64,000 bases of DNA, taken from an uncultured bacterium (lineage in GTDB: Bacteria; Chlamydiota; Chlamydiia; Chlamydiales; Rhabdochlamydiaceae). Positions 16,547-26,380 of this stretch are shown here, piece after piece. The notes under the pieces are model-generated. The model made no database searches. It was given only the letters and a program-made list of their open reading frames with translations, and was not told where the DNA came from. Every line of letters starts with the position of its first letter. Positions within the stretch are counted from its first letter, which is position 1. The position numbers and the translations under genes are program-made. The stretch lies in contig CAYGSB010000007.1 in NCBI GenBank assembly GCA_964352505.1, forward strand, positions 32,293 to 96,292, read 5' to 3'.

Positions 16547-18505
16547 TCAAGCGGCAGGAGCTGCCGAAGAGGGGATCTCTTGGGGGAAGTCCTGCATCAG
16601 TAGAATCAAATCTTTCATAATATTGGTTGTTTCAACGAGCTGGAGATCGGACAGGCCATAATTTTCTACCGCTTCGGAGAGAGAGTCTTTTTTTGCTATT
16701 TCCTTGATGAAATTCTGATAATTTTTATTTTGCTCAATTCTCAGACTAGAGTTTCTTTCTAGGGTTTTCAAATAAGGGGAATAGGTGTGGAGGATCGGTT
16801 GGAGGTCGAATTTATACAAGCGGACAATTTGGTTTCGATGCATGGGAGGGACATCGGAGAGATCATCTTCAAAATTGGCCGCAATCTGCTCATTTTCCAG
16901 CGGATATTTTGAATACTGCTCCCCAATCTCTATTTCTGAGAAAAGGCCGGGGACGACAATATCTGGGATAACGCCCACAAGTTGAGGGCTTTTTCCAGAA
17001 ACTGTGTAGTAGCGGCCTCGTGTGACCTTATACTCACCTTTTTGATTGATCTTTCCATAATTTGCCGATTCGAGGGTGAACGTCTGGAAGGTCCCCTTCC
17101 CATAGGTTGTTTTATCTCCGACGACAATAGCTCTTCCATAGTCTTGCAGTGATCCAGCGACGATTTCCGCAGCAGAAGCACTTGTTTTACTCGCAAGAAC
17201 AACAAGGGGGCCATCCCAGGAAATCTTCCCATCAATATTGCGAAGGTGCTGTACCATCCCGGTATTGTCTTTAACAGAAACAACAATTCCTTTTTTAATA
17301 AAAAGTCCAGAAACAGCGACTGCCTGTGGGAGAAGTCCTCCTGCATTATCCCTAAGATCTAGGATGATTCCCTTTAAATTATGCTCATTTTTTAGCTCCT
17401 GGATCGCTTTTTCGAGATCAGAGGCTGAAGAGGTTGTTGAATCTTGGTAAAAAGAAAAGAGGTGGAGAATTCCAATCACACCATCGCCAAAGGGCTCGTA
17501 GCTTTTTTCTAGCCGTGACTCGGTTAATACCACCTCACCTCGGCTGAGTTGAACCTCTACTTTTTCCTCTTTTTTATCGGCCCCTTCACCATGTTCCCTG
17601 AGCAGCGTCAAAAGGACTCTGGATCCTTTAGGGCCTCGTATAAGCTCAACAGCTTCAACGATATCCATCCCAACTACGGGTTCATTATTCACGGCGATGA
17701 TCTTGTCATTCAGATGAATTTTACCACAGTCCTTCGCAGGCCCCCCTTCTAAAAGCCGTAAAATACGAAAACCATCTAAATCGTCGCGTAGCTGGGCACC
17801 AATCCCAAAAAGTCGTTGTTGGACTTGGATCATGAACTGGTTGGCCTCAGCGGGTGTAAAGTAGGCGGTTTGTGAATCTAGGGCACTGCTCACAGATTTA
17901 AGGACTAGCGAAAGGACAAGCCTTTGTTTGTCCTTAGATTCAGGAAGAAGCTCCTCCTCTCGTTTTAGTCGCCTTTTTTCAAGTCTCTTCATGAACTGGG
18001 ACTTAATATCATCACTCAGCTTTTCAGCGGCACTAACCTGCAAAGAGCGGATGCTCAGGATCCGATTTTCCAGCTCTTCTTCGGTTTCTGTCCACTCAAG
18101 GTCTTTAAAATCAGAGGGTTCGATATTTGAGAGAAGCGTTGCATTTTCGAGCTTTTTTTCGATAGCGTTTCTCCTCGCAACTGCTGAACTCAGTTGGGCG
18201 TGAATAGCCTCAAATTCGCTGAAATTTTCCTTTTTCATTGCTCCGACAGTAGCTTCTAAAAGAGTTTCGCTAGGTTCAGACCACTTAAGAACTTCATCCT
18301 TAAGGAAATAAGTCTTGCTTGGGTCGATTTCTTCGAAATAATTATTGAAAGCCCTCTTCACGATCTCAGGGCTTAGTTCATGGTAATTAACATGGGCCTT
18401 TAAAATTTCATAAATTTTTGCGCGAGTATCCTTAGGGGATAATTGAGGTGGTTTCGCTGCAGAAAGTAATACTAATAGAGATAAAGTTATGATACGAAAG
18501 TACAT
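16547..18505 (-). CDS. tsp: Tail-specific (C-terminal processing) protease, S41 family
   Basis: 652 aa with a signal peptide, a PDZ region, SKTSASAAEIVAG (catalytic Ser region) and TYGKGTFQ (Lys). Confidence 0.85.
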   Translation of the reverse strand: MYFRIITLSLLVLLSAAKPPQLSPKDTRAKIYEILKAHVNYHELSPEIVKRAFNNYFEEIDPSKTYFLKDEVLKWSEPSETLLEATVGAMKKENFSEFEAIHAQLSSAVARRNAIEKKLENATLLSNIEPSDFKDLEWTETEEELENRILSIRSLQVSAAEKLSDDIKSQFMKRLEKRRLKREEELLPESKDKQRLVLSLVLKSVSSALDSQTAYFTPAEANQFMIQVQQRLFGIGAQLRDDLDGFRILRLLEGGPAKDCGKIHLNDKIIAVNNEPVVGMDIVEAVELIRGPKGSRVLLTLLREHGEGADKKEEKVEVQLSRGEVVLTESRLEKSYEPFGDGVIGILHLFSFYQDSTTSSASDLEKAIQELKNEHNLKGIILDLRDNAGGLLPQAVAVSGLFIKKGIVVSVKDNTGMVQHLRNIDGKISWDGPLVVLASKTSASAAEIVAGSLQDYGRAIVVGDKTTYGKGTFQTFTLESANYGKINQKGEYKVTRGRYYTVSGKSPQLVGVIPDIVVPGLFSEIEIGEQYSKYPLENEQIAANFEDDLSDVPPMHRNQIVRLYKFDLQPILHTYSPYLKTLERNSSLRIEQNKNYQNFIKEIAKKDSLSEAVENYGLSDLQLVETTNIMKDLILLMQDFPQEIPSSAAPAA

Positions 18506-18701
18506 AAACCGCCTGTTATTTTAGGTTATTTGCAGCATAATCCATGGAAAAGTTTGTTTCCACGAAAAAAACTCGCCACATGTTTTGGGGATATATTGTT
18601 CATAAACTACTGATAAATAGCGACATAAGTCGACGCGTCTTAAAAAAAATTTCAAGAATAACCACCTAAATAAAAGAAGGTTAACAAGTTAAAATTAGGG
18701 G

Positions 18702-18730
18702 TTGATTTCAATTCAATTTTATGGGAAAAT
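18702..18730 (+). promoter_or_regulatory. Candidate sigma-66 (sigma-70-like) promoter for euo
   Basis: TTGATT (18702-18707), a 17-nt spacer, then GAAAAT (18725-18730), inside a 327-bp AT-rich divergent intergenic region. GGAGG SD at 18819-18823. Confidence 0.25.
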
Positions 18731-18832
18731 AATATTCTACTTAAGCACAAGAATAATAACTAAGTTTAAGAGGAGAACGCTTTTGCAGGGCAAAGGCTCC
18801 CTTATAAGACTCTCAGCTGGAGGATATAAAAA

Positions 18833-19321
18833 ATGGATCAAGAATTTAAGCAGACAGAAAACGAGACTGCTTCCACACATGGTCAGAATTGTGAAACACA
18901 TGTTGAAAAACAGTCTCACAATAAAAGACTCGTCTCGATTACAGAAGCAGCAAAGATCAACAATGTCACAAGACAGGCGATCTACGTTGCAATTAAGCAA
19001 AACAAGCTTAGAGCAACAAAGCATACGACAAGATGGACAATCGATCTTCATGACTTAGAAGATTACCGCCGTCAGAAATATTCTAGAACAAAATCAATGT
19101 TCGATGGAGAACTTCTCTTTGATAACCGAAAAGGATACTTTTCAGTGAACCAAACAGCAAAAATGCTCGGCGTTCCTGCACAGAAAATCTACTATGCAAC
19201 TCGTGTTGGCCTATTAAAAGCTTCACGTAAAGGTGCTGCGTGGGTCATTCATACAGATGATATCAATGGTTACAGAGAAAACTATCTAAGTAAGCAAGTA
19301 GAGAGCTCAAACGCTATCTAA
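18833..19321 (+). CDS. euo: EUO, chlamydial early-gene DNA-binding repressor of late genes
   Basis: 162 aa. Matches include SITEAAKINNVTRQAIYVAIKQNKL, YSRTKSMFDGELLFDNRKGYFSVNQTAKMLGVPAQKIYYATRVG and AAWVIH, which closely resemble the C. trachomatis EUO I remember. Confidence 0.85.
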   Translation: MDQEFKQTENETASTHGQNCETHVEKQSHNKRLVSITEAAKINNVTRQAIYVAIKQNKLRATKHTTRWTIDLHDLEDYRRQKYSRTKSMFDGELLFDNRKGYFSVNQTAKMLGVPAQKIYYATRVGLLKASRKGAAWVIHTDDINGYRENYLSKQVESSNAI

Positions 19322-19348
19322 TTGTTGCTTAAGAACTACGTTTCTTAG

Positions 19349-19387
19349 ATCGGGCTTGAAAATTTCCCCCCAAGCCCGATTTTTTTT
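19349..19387 (+). terminator. Rho-independent terminator of euo
   Basis: A perfect 10-bp stem, ATCGGGCTTG (19349-58) with CAAGCCCGAT (19371-80), a 12-nt loop, then seven T (19381-87). Confidence 0.7.
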
Positions 19388-19425
19388 GCCCCGATTTCTC
19401 AACGGGGCAAAGGCTACCCGCCAGG

Positions 19426-19701
19426 TCAGTCGAGTCTCTGTTTGCCAGGGATCGTTCTATGATACCTGAGACCATAGTCTTTCCCTACGCGATGTAATTC
19501 GAAATACCCAACGTGATCCATTTTTTGTAAGGTGCTTTCATCTATGCCTGCAAGGTGTGGATCTAGATTTCTTTTTTTGATAGGAGTCCAAAACCCCTCT
19601 TTTGGGATATAAAAACCGTTTTCATCCTCCATGAAGAGGCAGGTCCTGTTTATTTGGCCGGATGGAGTCAGGTTTGAATATTCTACTGCTGGAATCAACA
19701 T
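19426..19701 (-). CDS. Hypothetical protein (91 aa)
   Basis: ORF only. I recognise no motifs, signal peptide or TM segment. It lies downstream of recJ on the same strand. Confidence 0.4.
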   Translation of the reverse strand: MLIPAVEYSNLTPSGQINRTCLFMEDENGFYIPKEGFWTPIKKRNLDPHLAGIDESTLQKMDHVGYFELHRVGKDYGLRYHRTIPGKQRLD

Positions 19702-19758
19702 AGGGAACTCTCCGTTTAAGAAGATATTATGCCGAAGGCCCCTGTTTTTTTGTAGGGA

Positions 19759-21507
19759 TTAGCCATCTTCAAGGATTTTGAAGTCGCGGACTTGGAGTTG
19801 AATGCTCGATTTGCTCAAGAAAGTGTTGATTTGAGGAATGAAAGCTACGCGGAGGAGGAGATTCTTTTTCAAGAGCTGGGCTCTTCTGTGGGCCATGTTG
19901 AAGGCAATTCCTTCAAGCATTCGATCATTTTGTTCGAGGTAGAATTTCAGGTGTGTTTTCCCGACGATCTTTGGGGGCCAGGACTGACGGGCGTCGGTGT
20001 AGAAGATCGGAGGAGGGTTTTCATTCCCAAAGGGTTCTAGAAGGGAGAGGGACTCCATGAAGTCGAAGGTTAGGTCTTTAAAATTGATTTTCCCGTCGAG
20101 TTGGAGTTTATATTGGATGTCTTGAGCAGCGAGCCGTTTATCTGCTGAAGAGATAAACCGCTTTTTGAACTCACCGATTTTGTTGTGCTTGATCGTCAGT
20201 CCTGCTGCATAGTCGTGGCCCCCAAAATTCTCGAGAAGATCGGCATTTTCTCTGAGAATAGGGAGGATGGGGAACTCAGGAATTGTCCGGATAGAGCCTT
20301 TCCCCATCCCATTTTCAACAGCGATGATGATACAGGGGCGGTTGTAGAGCTTAGCCGTACGGGCTGTGATGATGGGGATGATTCCGGGATGCCATTTGTC
20401 CGAGTAGAGAAAGAGGGCTCGATGGTTGAAGATTTCCGGGTTTTTCTGAATGTACTTTTCAACGTCTTCCGAATCCTTTCTCTCGATTTTTTGTCTTTCC
20501 ATATTGTTTAGATCGAGTTCTTTCGCAAGAATTTCTGCCGAGTCGGAGTCTTTGAGAAGGAGGAGTTCTACCCCTTTATTTGGGTCTGCAATCCGCCCAA
20601 GGCTGTTGAGCCTGGGTGCGACTTTTGAGGCAATGTCGAGGGGGGTGATGTCGGCTGAACTGACTTCGCAAACTCCAAAGAGCTTTTTTAGCCCAATCCG
20701 TTTCCCCATTCGCATTTGCCGGAGTCCATATCGGACGAGGATCCGATTTTCTCCGAGAAGTGAACCCATATCGGCGATCGTTCCGAGGGCTACTAAATCA
20801 AGATACCGTTTTAGGTCGACCTTGCTTGGACTCATTTCGCCGCTGGTGATGAGTGTGTTGGTGATCCCATGAGCCAGTTTGAAGGCTACTCCTACTCCAG
20901 TAAGGTCCCGGTTTGTATAGGTGCTCCCTTTGAGTTTTGGATTAAGGGTCGCTACGCAATGGGGGAGTTGGTCGGTCGGTTCGTGGTGATCGGTGACGAT
21001 CACATCAACTTTCCTCCGAACTGCCTCCTCGATTTCAGCAGCAGCTGTAATTCCACAGTCGACCGTAATGAGTAGTTTGCAGTCGTGCTTCGTTGCATAT
21101 TCAAGGGCATCGATCATCAATGTCTGACTTAGGGAAGTTCGATTGGGGATATATCCATAGGTCTTGCACCCAACAAAATTGAGAAATTCGGTAAGAAGAG
21201 TCGTTCCTGTGATTCCATCGACATCATTGTCGCCGTAAATGAGGATTGATTCTTTCTTTTTTTGAGCTTGGAGGACCCTCTCGACAGCTTTGTCCATGTC
21301 TGGAAAAAGATGGGGGTCTAGAAGATTAGGGAGTTTTCCGTAGAGGTAGTCGTGTATTTGATCGAAATTTGTAAAACCACGTGATACGAGGACTTGAGCT
21401 GTAACCGGATGGATACTCAGCTCTTTTATGATTGACCCGCTCCACTCTGCATCTACTTGAGGGTATATCCATAGGGATTCATCTTCGCGGAGTGTCGTTT
21501 GTTGCAT
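19759..21507 (-). CDS. recJ: Single-stranded-DNA-specific exonuclease RecJ
   Basis: DHH family motifs: GDNDVDGITG, VDCGI, and DHH in VIVTDHHEP; 582 aa. Confidence 0.9.
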   Translation of the reverse strand: MQQTTLREDESLWIYPQVDAEWSGSIIKELSIHPVTAQVLVSRGFTNFDQIHDYLYGKLPNLLDPHLFPDMDKAVERVLQAQKKKESILIYGDNDVDGITGTTLLTEFLNFVGCKTYGYIPNRTSLSQTLMIDALEYATKHDCKLLITVDCGITAAAEIEEAVRRKVDVIVTDHHEPTDQLPHCVATLNPKLKGSTYTNRDLTGVGVAFKLAHGITNTLITSGEMSPSKVDLKRYLDLVALGTIADMGSLLGENRILVRYGLRQMRMGKRIGLKKLFGVCEVSSADITPLDIASKVAPRLNSLGRIADPNKGVELLLLKDSDSAEILAKELDLNNMERQKIERKDSEDVEKYIQKNPEIFNHRALFLYSDKWHPGIIPIITARTAKLYNRPCIIIAVENGMGKGSIRTIPEFPILPILRENADLLENFGGHDYAAGLTIKHNKIGEFKKRFISSADKRLAAQDIQYKLQLDGKINFKDLTFDFMESLSLLEPFGNENPPPIFYTDARQSWPPKIVGKTHLKFYLEQNDRMLEGIAFNMAHRRAQLLKKNLLLRVAFIPQINTFLSKSSIQLQVRDFKILEDG

Positions 21508-21644
21508 GGTTCACTATACCTTGAGAAAGGCCAATTGCTTAGGTGCATAGGAGGATGACCGATTTTTTTCATCAAAAAATGGCAAAGTCGCGTCGGGTCG
21601 TTTTGCAACAGGTTCTCTCTTCTTTGTTTATTAAAAAACTTTTA

Positions 21645-24600
21645 CTAGCCCGCAATCTGAGGCGCTGCTTTCCCTTTTTCTTCTTGCCGCGCGTGGAAGT
21701 AGTTGAGAATTGGCGCTGCAATAAATAAGGAGGATAATGTTCCAAACACTACGCCGATGATCATGACAAGAGAGAAAGCAAAGATTGTGCTTCCACCGAG
21801 GAAGACCAGCGGGAGAAGAACGAGCAGCGTAGTCATCGATGTCATGGTTGTTCGGCTTAATGTTACGTTTAACGCATGGTTGATAATTTCTACAAATGAG
21901 GATTTTCTCATCAGGCGTAAATCTTCCCGAATTCTATCAAACACAATGATTGTATCGTTGAGAGAATATCCAACGATGGTCATGAGCGCTGCGATTGTAT
22001 TCAAATCTATCTGAATCGGAAGGCCAAAGTAGTTAAGAATAGCTATTGATGCAAGGGTGATTGCAATGTCATGAGCAAGGCAAAGGGTAGATGCAATAGC
22101 ATATTTGAATTCGAATCGAATCGTGATATAAACCAAGATGCACAGGATTGCGATTCCAAGACCGATAAGGGCGCTGTTGCGCATAGAGTCGGAAAGCTGA
22201 CCGCTGATTTCGCTCCAATTGTGGTTGAGCGTTTTTAACGCATCTTTTGATAGGACTAACCCGGATGCTTCAATTGCTTCAACAGTCCATTGAATTCGAG
22301 GGTTTGTTTGGTAAGCATATTTTGTGTCGGTCCCTTCACTTTCTAGTGGCATGCCGAAGAAGGGCTTGCCCTCTTGCTGCATCCCTTTGCTCAAGAAAAG
22401 TCGAATGTGGTTGGTAGGCGTTAGCTGGCGAACCTGGAAGTCCTGAGGGGCTGCCCCTTTGGCCACAAGAGCATTTTCTATCGCTTGGCGATAATTAAAG
22501 TCATTTTTTGGCTCGAGTTCTAGGTTGAGGGAGTAGCCACCTGTGAAGTCCATCCCCATGATCGTGTGTCTTTGCTGAACAAAGAGGAAACCACCTGCTA
22601 GAATCAAAACACTAGCAGCCCAAAAAGCAACTTTCGAGTATTTCATGAAGTTGAAGTTCGCCGACTTGATCATCTGGGACATATTGAGCTTCGTGTGCTT
22701 GGGGTTTTGTACCCAGCCGGAGAAGAAGTACCTTGTCATGAAAAGAGCTGTAAACATTGATGATGCGATACCAATGATTAGAGTGACCGCAAAACCTTTA
22801 ATCGGTCCCGAGTCAAACTGGAGAAGAACCAGCGCTGCGATAATTGTTGTTACGTTCGAATCTAAAATAGCAGAGAAGGCTTTTCGGTATCCTGTGTGAA
22901 CAGCTGAAGCTAGTCGTCCAGATATCGCAAACTCTTCCCGAATTCTCTCAAAAACCAGGACGTTAGCATCGACTGCCATTCCAAGAGTGAGGATAGCACC
23001 TGCGATAGAGGCAAGAGTGAGCGTTGCATCGAGGTTTTGGAGTGTTGCCCACATGATGAGAAGGTTGACGATCACGGCGATTGAGGCAATAACTCCACCA
23101 AAGCGGTAGTAGAGGATCATACATAGGACAACAAGAACGAGCGAGACTACTGTCGCAAGAATCCCGAAGGTGCGCTCTTTGGCTCCTAGTTCGGGGCTTA
23201 CATTTTTCTCAGAAAGGATCCGCGGTGTAAATGTTAGCGATCCAGCTTTGAGGTCTGCTTCGAGTTGATTTATTTCGCGTTGTGTAAAGCTCCCTTCAAT
23301 GACCCCACCATCTTTAATTGGGTATCCCAAAGCGGGAGAGGTGATGATAGTCCCATTGAGCAGGACGGCCATTCTCCATCCTTCGTTGCTTGAGAACGAA
23401 GCGTTTGGAGTTCCGGCAATCTTATCTTTCGAGAATTGTGATGTCCATGCAAAGAGGTCATCACGAGGATTGACTCGCTCACCAGATTTTAGGGTTTCTT
23501 TTCCCTTGATCTCGAAATTGAGGAAGTTGCCTTTTTTCTGGTCGTATCCACCTTGGACATTCTTGAGGTTAGATCCTTCGACTGCATAGTTTCTGAAAGT
23601 GATTACGAGAGGATGCGTTTTACCCTGCCACTGTGTGAAGTCATCTCCCCTGAGGAGCGAGATCTCAGAGAATATATCGCTGAAGATGTTGCTGGCTGGC
23701 TGGTCGTGGCTGCTTGCAAGACGAAGCCCGTTTTCAAAAAGGATCCGTGCAGATTCGCTTCTAGGTTGGATGACGTCAGCGTCTAGGGAATCTCCGTGGA
23801 TATGACGCCAAGCAATTTGATTGATGTCTTCGCGGCTTTTCTTCCCTGTGACGACGGCTTCATTCCAAATATCCTGAAGGAATTGATTGCTCGCCTCAGC
23901 AAGAGAGGGGTTTCTCTCGTTGAATTTTTCATTAATGATGTGGAAATACATTGTTGATGCTTTGATCAATTCATTCGCAGAAAGACCCTGTGAACCCGGG
24001 AAATCTAGAGTGATGAAGTTCCCCTCACGGCGGATGCTTACTTCAGACACTCCCATCTTATTGACCCGCTCATACAGCTCATTGATGCCTTGGTTGATGT
24101 CGCTATCGTTTGTGACGAGGCGGTTACTCTGGTCTCGGAGTTCGATTTGTACAGTTTTCCCACCGGAAAGATCGAGGCCCCATTTTAGAATTTTACGATC
24201 ATCGCCGCGGAAGTACTTTTTGAAACTTAGCTTGATATTGTCTAAGAGTATGTTGTGTGTCGGTTTTGGAACGTCGTAAGGAGAGACTCCTCCGAGCGAA
24301 AGTTGGGCTGCGTAGTAGTCATCACGCCATTTGAGAAGGTCTTCGTGGACCCGGTTTTCAATTTTATTTTCGGTTAAGATTCGCTGCATGTTGTCAGTAA
24401 ATTCTAAAACTGCATAACGCCGTGTGCCGTGGACAGTAAAATCTTCCCTAGTAGCTTTGAGGACTGGGAGGTAGAAGTCTTCTGCTTCGAATACATAGTG
24501 GTTCGCTAGCTCTTGGCTGGGTAGCGTGCTTCCCGGATATCCGAACATGCTATTTTGTTTTAGAAGTCCTTGCAGGGCATTAAAGTCCTTGAAGAATTGC

Positions 24601-26210
24601 TGTGAATCTTCAGATCCTGGAGTGACCTGTAGTTTTTGCATGATCTTATCTAGCCCTTTCGCAACGACGTAGATTGAGCTGTTGTGAAGCCCATATCTTG
24701 GCATTTCTGAATGCATTGCTGGGGCATAAACCAGAAGGCCTAGTTTTTTTTCATGGTCGGGAAGGTTTTTATAGGTTTCGTAGTTCCAAATTGGAAAAGA
24801 ACCCTTTTCAAGGTCAGGGTGTTTTGGATGCCAATGAGCAAGGATCATTTGTTCTATTTCGCTAGCTCTTGCTGAGGCGATTTCAGAGAGACGAAGTGCT
24901 AGGAATCCATTGCTTCCTTCGAGGTTGTTCAGCTTGATTTGAAACTGGTTGCCGACGGGCTTGATGATTTCGCCGGATACTCTAGCATCGTTTGCGATCT
25001 CATTGTAGATGAATTGATCGGCTTGTTCTTTTAAGAATTGGTTTCCTTGTGCTAGGTGTTTTTCCTTTGCTGTGACGAGATCTGGATAAAGGGAGATGTC
25101 GATGTTTTCTCCACTCCAATCTATAATAAATTTTTCGATGAAGGGATTTCTCGATTCGAAAGAGAGAGTTTGCAGGGACGAGTTTAAGTCGAGGGAAGCA
25201 ATATAGCTTTCTTCGAGTTTAGAGCTGAGGGTTTCTAATGAAAAGGGGTTTTTCCCAGCGGCAAATGCCGATTTATGTTTTTTCAAAAGGGCGTCTGCAT
25301 CCTCTAGCATTTTCTCGTAGCTAGAGAGTTGCTCAAGACGTTGGAGTTTAGCCGTCTCCAAGAAGTTGCCTTTTGCTTGTAGGCTTTGTCCTTCGGATTG
25401 AAGGCTGATTCTCTCTAATTTGAGTTGGTCTTTTGTTTGTTCGAGAGTTTTAGAAAAATTTTGAATTAATGCTGCCTTGTCTTCAACAGCTATCTGGGAG
25501 AAAGAGGCAAAATAGCGTTTCGAGAGTTCACTTGATTGACCAAAGACTTTGACGTAGGAGTTTAGGTTTTGAGCTAATCGGAGAGTTAGATCCTGCTTTT
25601 CTTCGGGGGATTGGGCTGAGATGGCTGCATTGACAAGTTTAGCGTTCTCACTCGGGCCACCAATCGCCATCGCAAGCTGTAGAGCGCGGTCAAATGTTAA
25701 GGCACGATAGAGGGGAGTAGGAGCGTGGTTTTCGTCATATTTATGAGAAAACTGGAAGTAGCTCTCCTTTTTTTCATTTTCAAAGCGGAGGGGAATTTTT
25801 CTTTGAACAACGACTGTTTTCGTGAGTGTGTCGTCTGTGTTGTAAAGAGAGAGTTGGCTAGGAACGAACGAAATAAGAGACCCTGCCCTGGAAAGGTGTT
25901 GTCTGAAGGTGTTTGCATCACCAGCATTTTTGAAGGTTAAAGAAATATGTTGCGGGTTTTGCTGATCAATAGTGATCGATTGGGGCTTAAGCTTAAGGAG
26001 TTTACAAAACGAGGTGAGCCATGTCTGTGCGTCATCCTCCAAGTGGTTTACCCGCTCCATGATATCAGAGGCAATTTTTGTCGCCTTCTTTTCGTCTACT
26101 GGGGTGTTGAGGGGTTTAGTGTAAAAGAAGACGGTCGGGAGAATGTTGTAGACCGTCAAGAAAAGAACACCTAAAATGAGGAGTCTCTGCCAACGCTTTC
26201 TTTTTTCCAT
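21645..26210 (-). CDS. secDF: Fused protein-export membrane protein SecD/SecF
   Basis: 1521 aa with two RND-like 6-TM bundles (the SecD and SecF halves) and a very long N-terminal periplasmic region. A fused giant SecDF is typical of Chlamydiae. Confidence 0.9.
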   Translation of the reverse strand: MEKRKRWQRLLILGVLFLTVYNILPTVFFYTKPLNTPVDEKKATKIASDIMERVNHLEDDAQTWLTSFCKLLKLKPQSITIDQQNPQHISLTFKNAGDANTFRQHLSRAGSLISFVPSQLSLYNTDDTLTKTVVVQRKIPLRFENEKKESYFQFSHKYDENHAPTPLYRALTFDRALQLAMAIGGPSENAKLVNAAISAQSPEEKQDLTLRLAQNLNSYVKVFGQSSELSKRYFASFSQIAVEDKAALIQNFSKTLEQTKDQLKLERISLQSEGQSLQAKGNFLETAKLQRLEQLSSYEKMLEDADALLKKHKSAFAAGKNPFSLETLSSKLEESYIASLDLNSSLQTLSFESRNPFIEKFIIDWSGENIDISLYPDLVTAKEKHLAQGNQFLKEQADQFIYNEIANDARVSGEIIKPVGNQFQIKLNNLEGSNGFLALRLSEIASARASEIEQMILAHWHPKHPDLEKGSFPIWNYETYKNLPDHEKKLGLLVYAPAMHSEMPRYGLHNSSIYVVAKGLDKIMQKLQVTPGSEDSQQFFKDFNALQGLLKQNSMFGYPGSTLPSQELANHYVFEAEDFYLPVLKATREDFTVHGTRRYAVLEFTDNMQRILTENKIENRVHEDLLKWRDDYYAAQLSLGGVSPYDVPKPTHNILLDNIKLSFKKYFRGDDRKILKWGLDLSGGKTVQIELRDQSNRLVTNDSDINQGINELYERVNKMGVSEVSIRREGNFITLDFPGSQGLSANELIKASTMYFHIINEKFNERNPSLAEASNQFLQDIWNEAVVTGKKSREDINQIAWRHIHGDSLDADVIQPRSESARILFENGLRLASSHDQPASNIFSDIFSEISLLRGDDFTQWQGKTHPLVITFRNYAVEGSNLKNVQGGYDQKKGNFLNFEIKGKETLKSGERVNPRDDLFAWTSQFSKDKIAGTPNASFSSNEGWRMAVLLNGTIITSPALGYPIKDGGVIEGSFTQREINQLEADLKAGSLTFTPRILSEKNVSPELGAKERTFGILATVVSLVLVVLCMILYYRFGGVIASIAVIVNLLIMWATLQNLDATLTLASIAGAILTLGMAVDANVLVFERIREEFAISGRLASAVHTGYRKAFSAILDSNVTTIIAALVLLQFDSGPIKGFAVTLIIGIASSMFTALFMTRYFFSGWVQNPKHTKLNMSQMIKSANFNFMKYSKVAFWAASVLILAGGFLFVQQRHTIMGMDFTGGYSLNLELEPKNDFNYRQAIENALVAKGAAPQDFQVRQLTPTNHIRLFLSKGMQQEGKPFFGMPLESEGTDTKYAYQTNPRIQWTVEAIEASGLVLSKDALKTLNHNWSEISGQLSDSMRNSALIGLGIAILCILVYITIRFEFKYAIASTLCLAHDIAITLASIAILNYFGLPIQIDLNTIAALMTIVGYSLNDTIIVFDRIREDLRLMRKSSFVEIINHALNVTLSRTTMTSMTTLLVLLPLVFLGGSTIFAFSLVMIIGVVFGTLSSLFIAAPILNYFHARQEEKGKAAPQIAG

Positions 26211-26380
26211 TGATTTCCTAGTAAATATAAGATCCTAATTTTGGCTAGCTTATCCTATCAAAATGGAATTTGTCTACTCAAAAAAACCTTCTTACAAACT
26301 CGAGTTGGATAATTTTGTCCTTTCATTTCATTCTCAGGGTGTGCTAAATTACACTCTTTGAAAAGATAATTATTTATCTT

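Noticed and set aside
18544-18669. 41-codon basic ORF (MEKFVSTKKTRHMFWGYIVHKLL...) in the euo upstream region
   Set aside because: It has no SD and lies in AT-rich DNA where such frames arise by chance. I have no conservation evidence for it.
19388-19408. Second hairpin GCCCCG-N9-CGGGGC just after the euo terminator, considered as a terminator for the convergent 91-aa gene
   Set aside because: On the minus strand it is followed by an A-run rather than a U-run, and on the plus strand it is followed by AAAGG. It does not meet the criteria for an intrinsic terminator on either strand.
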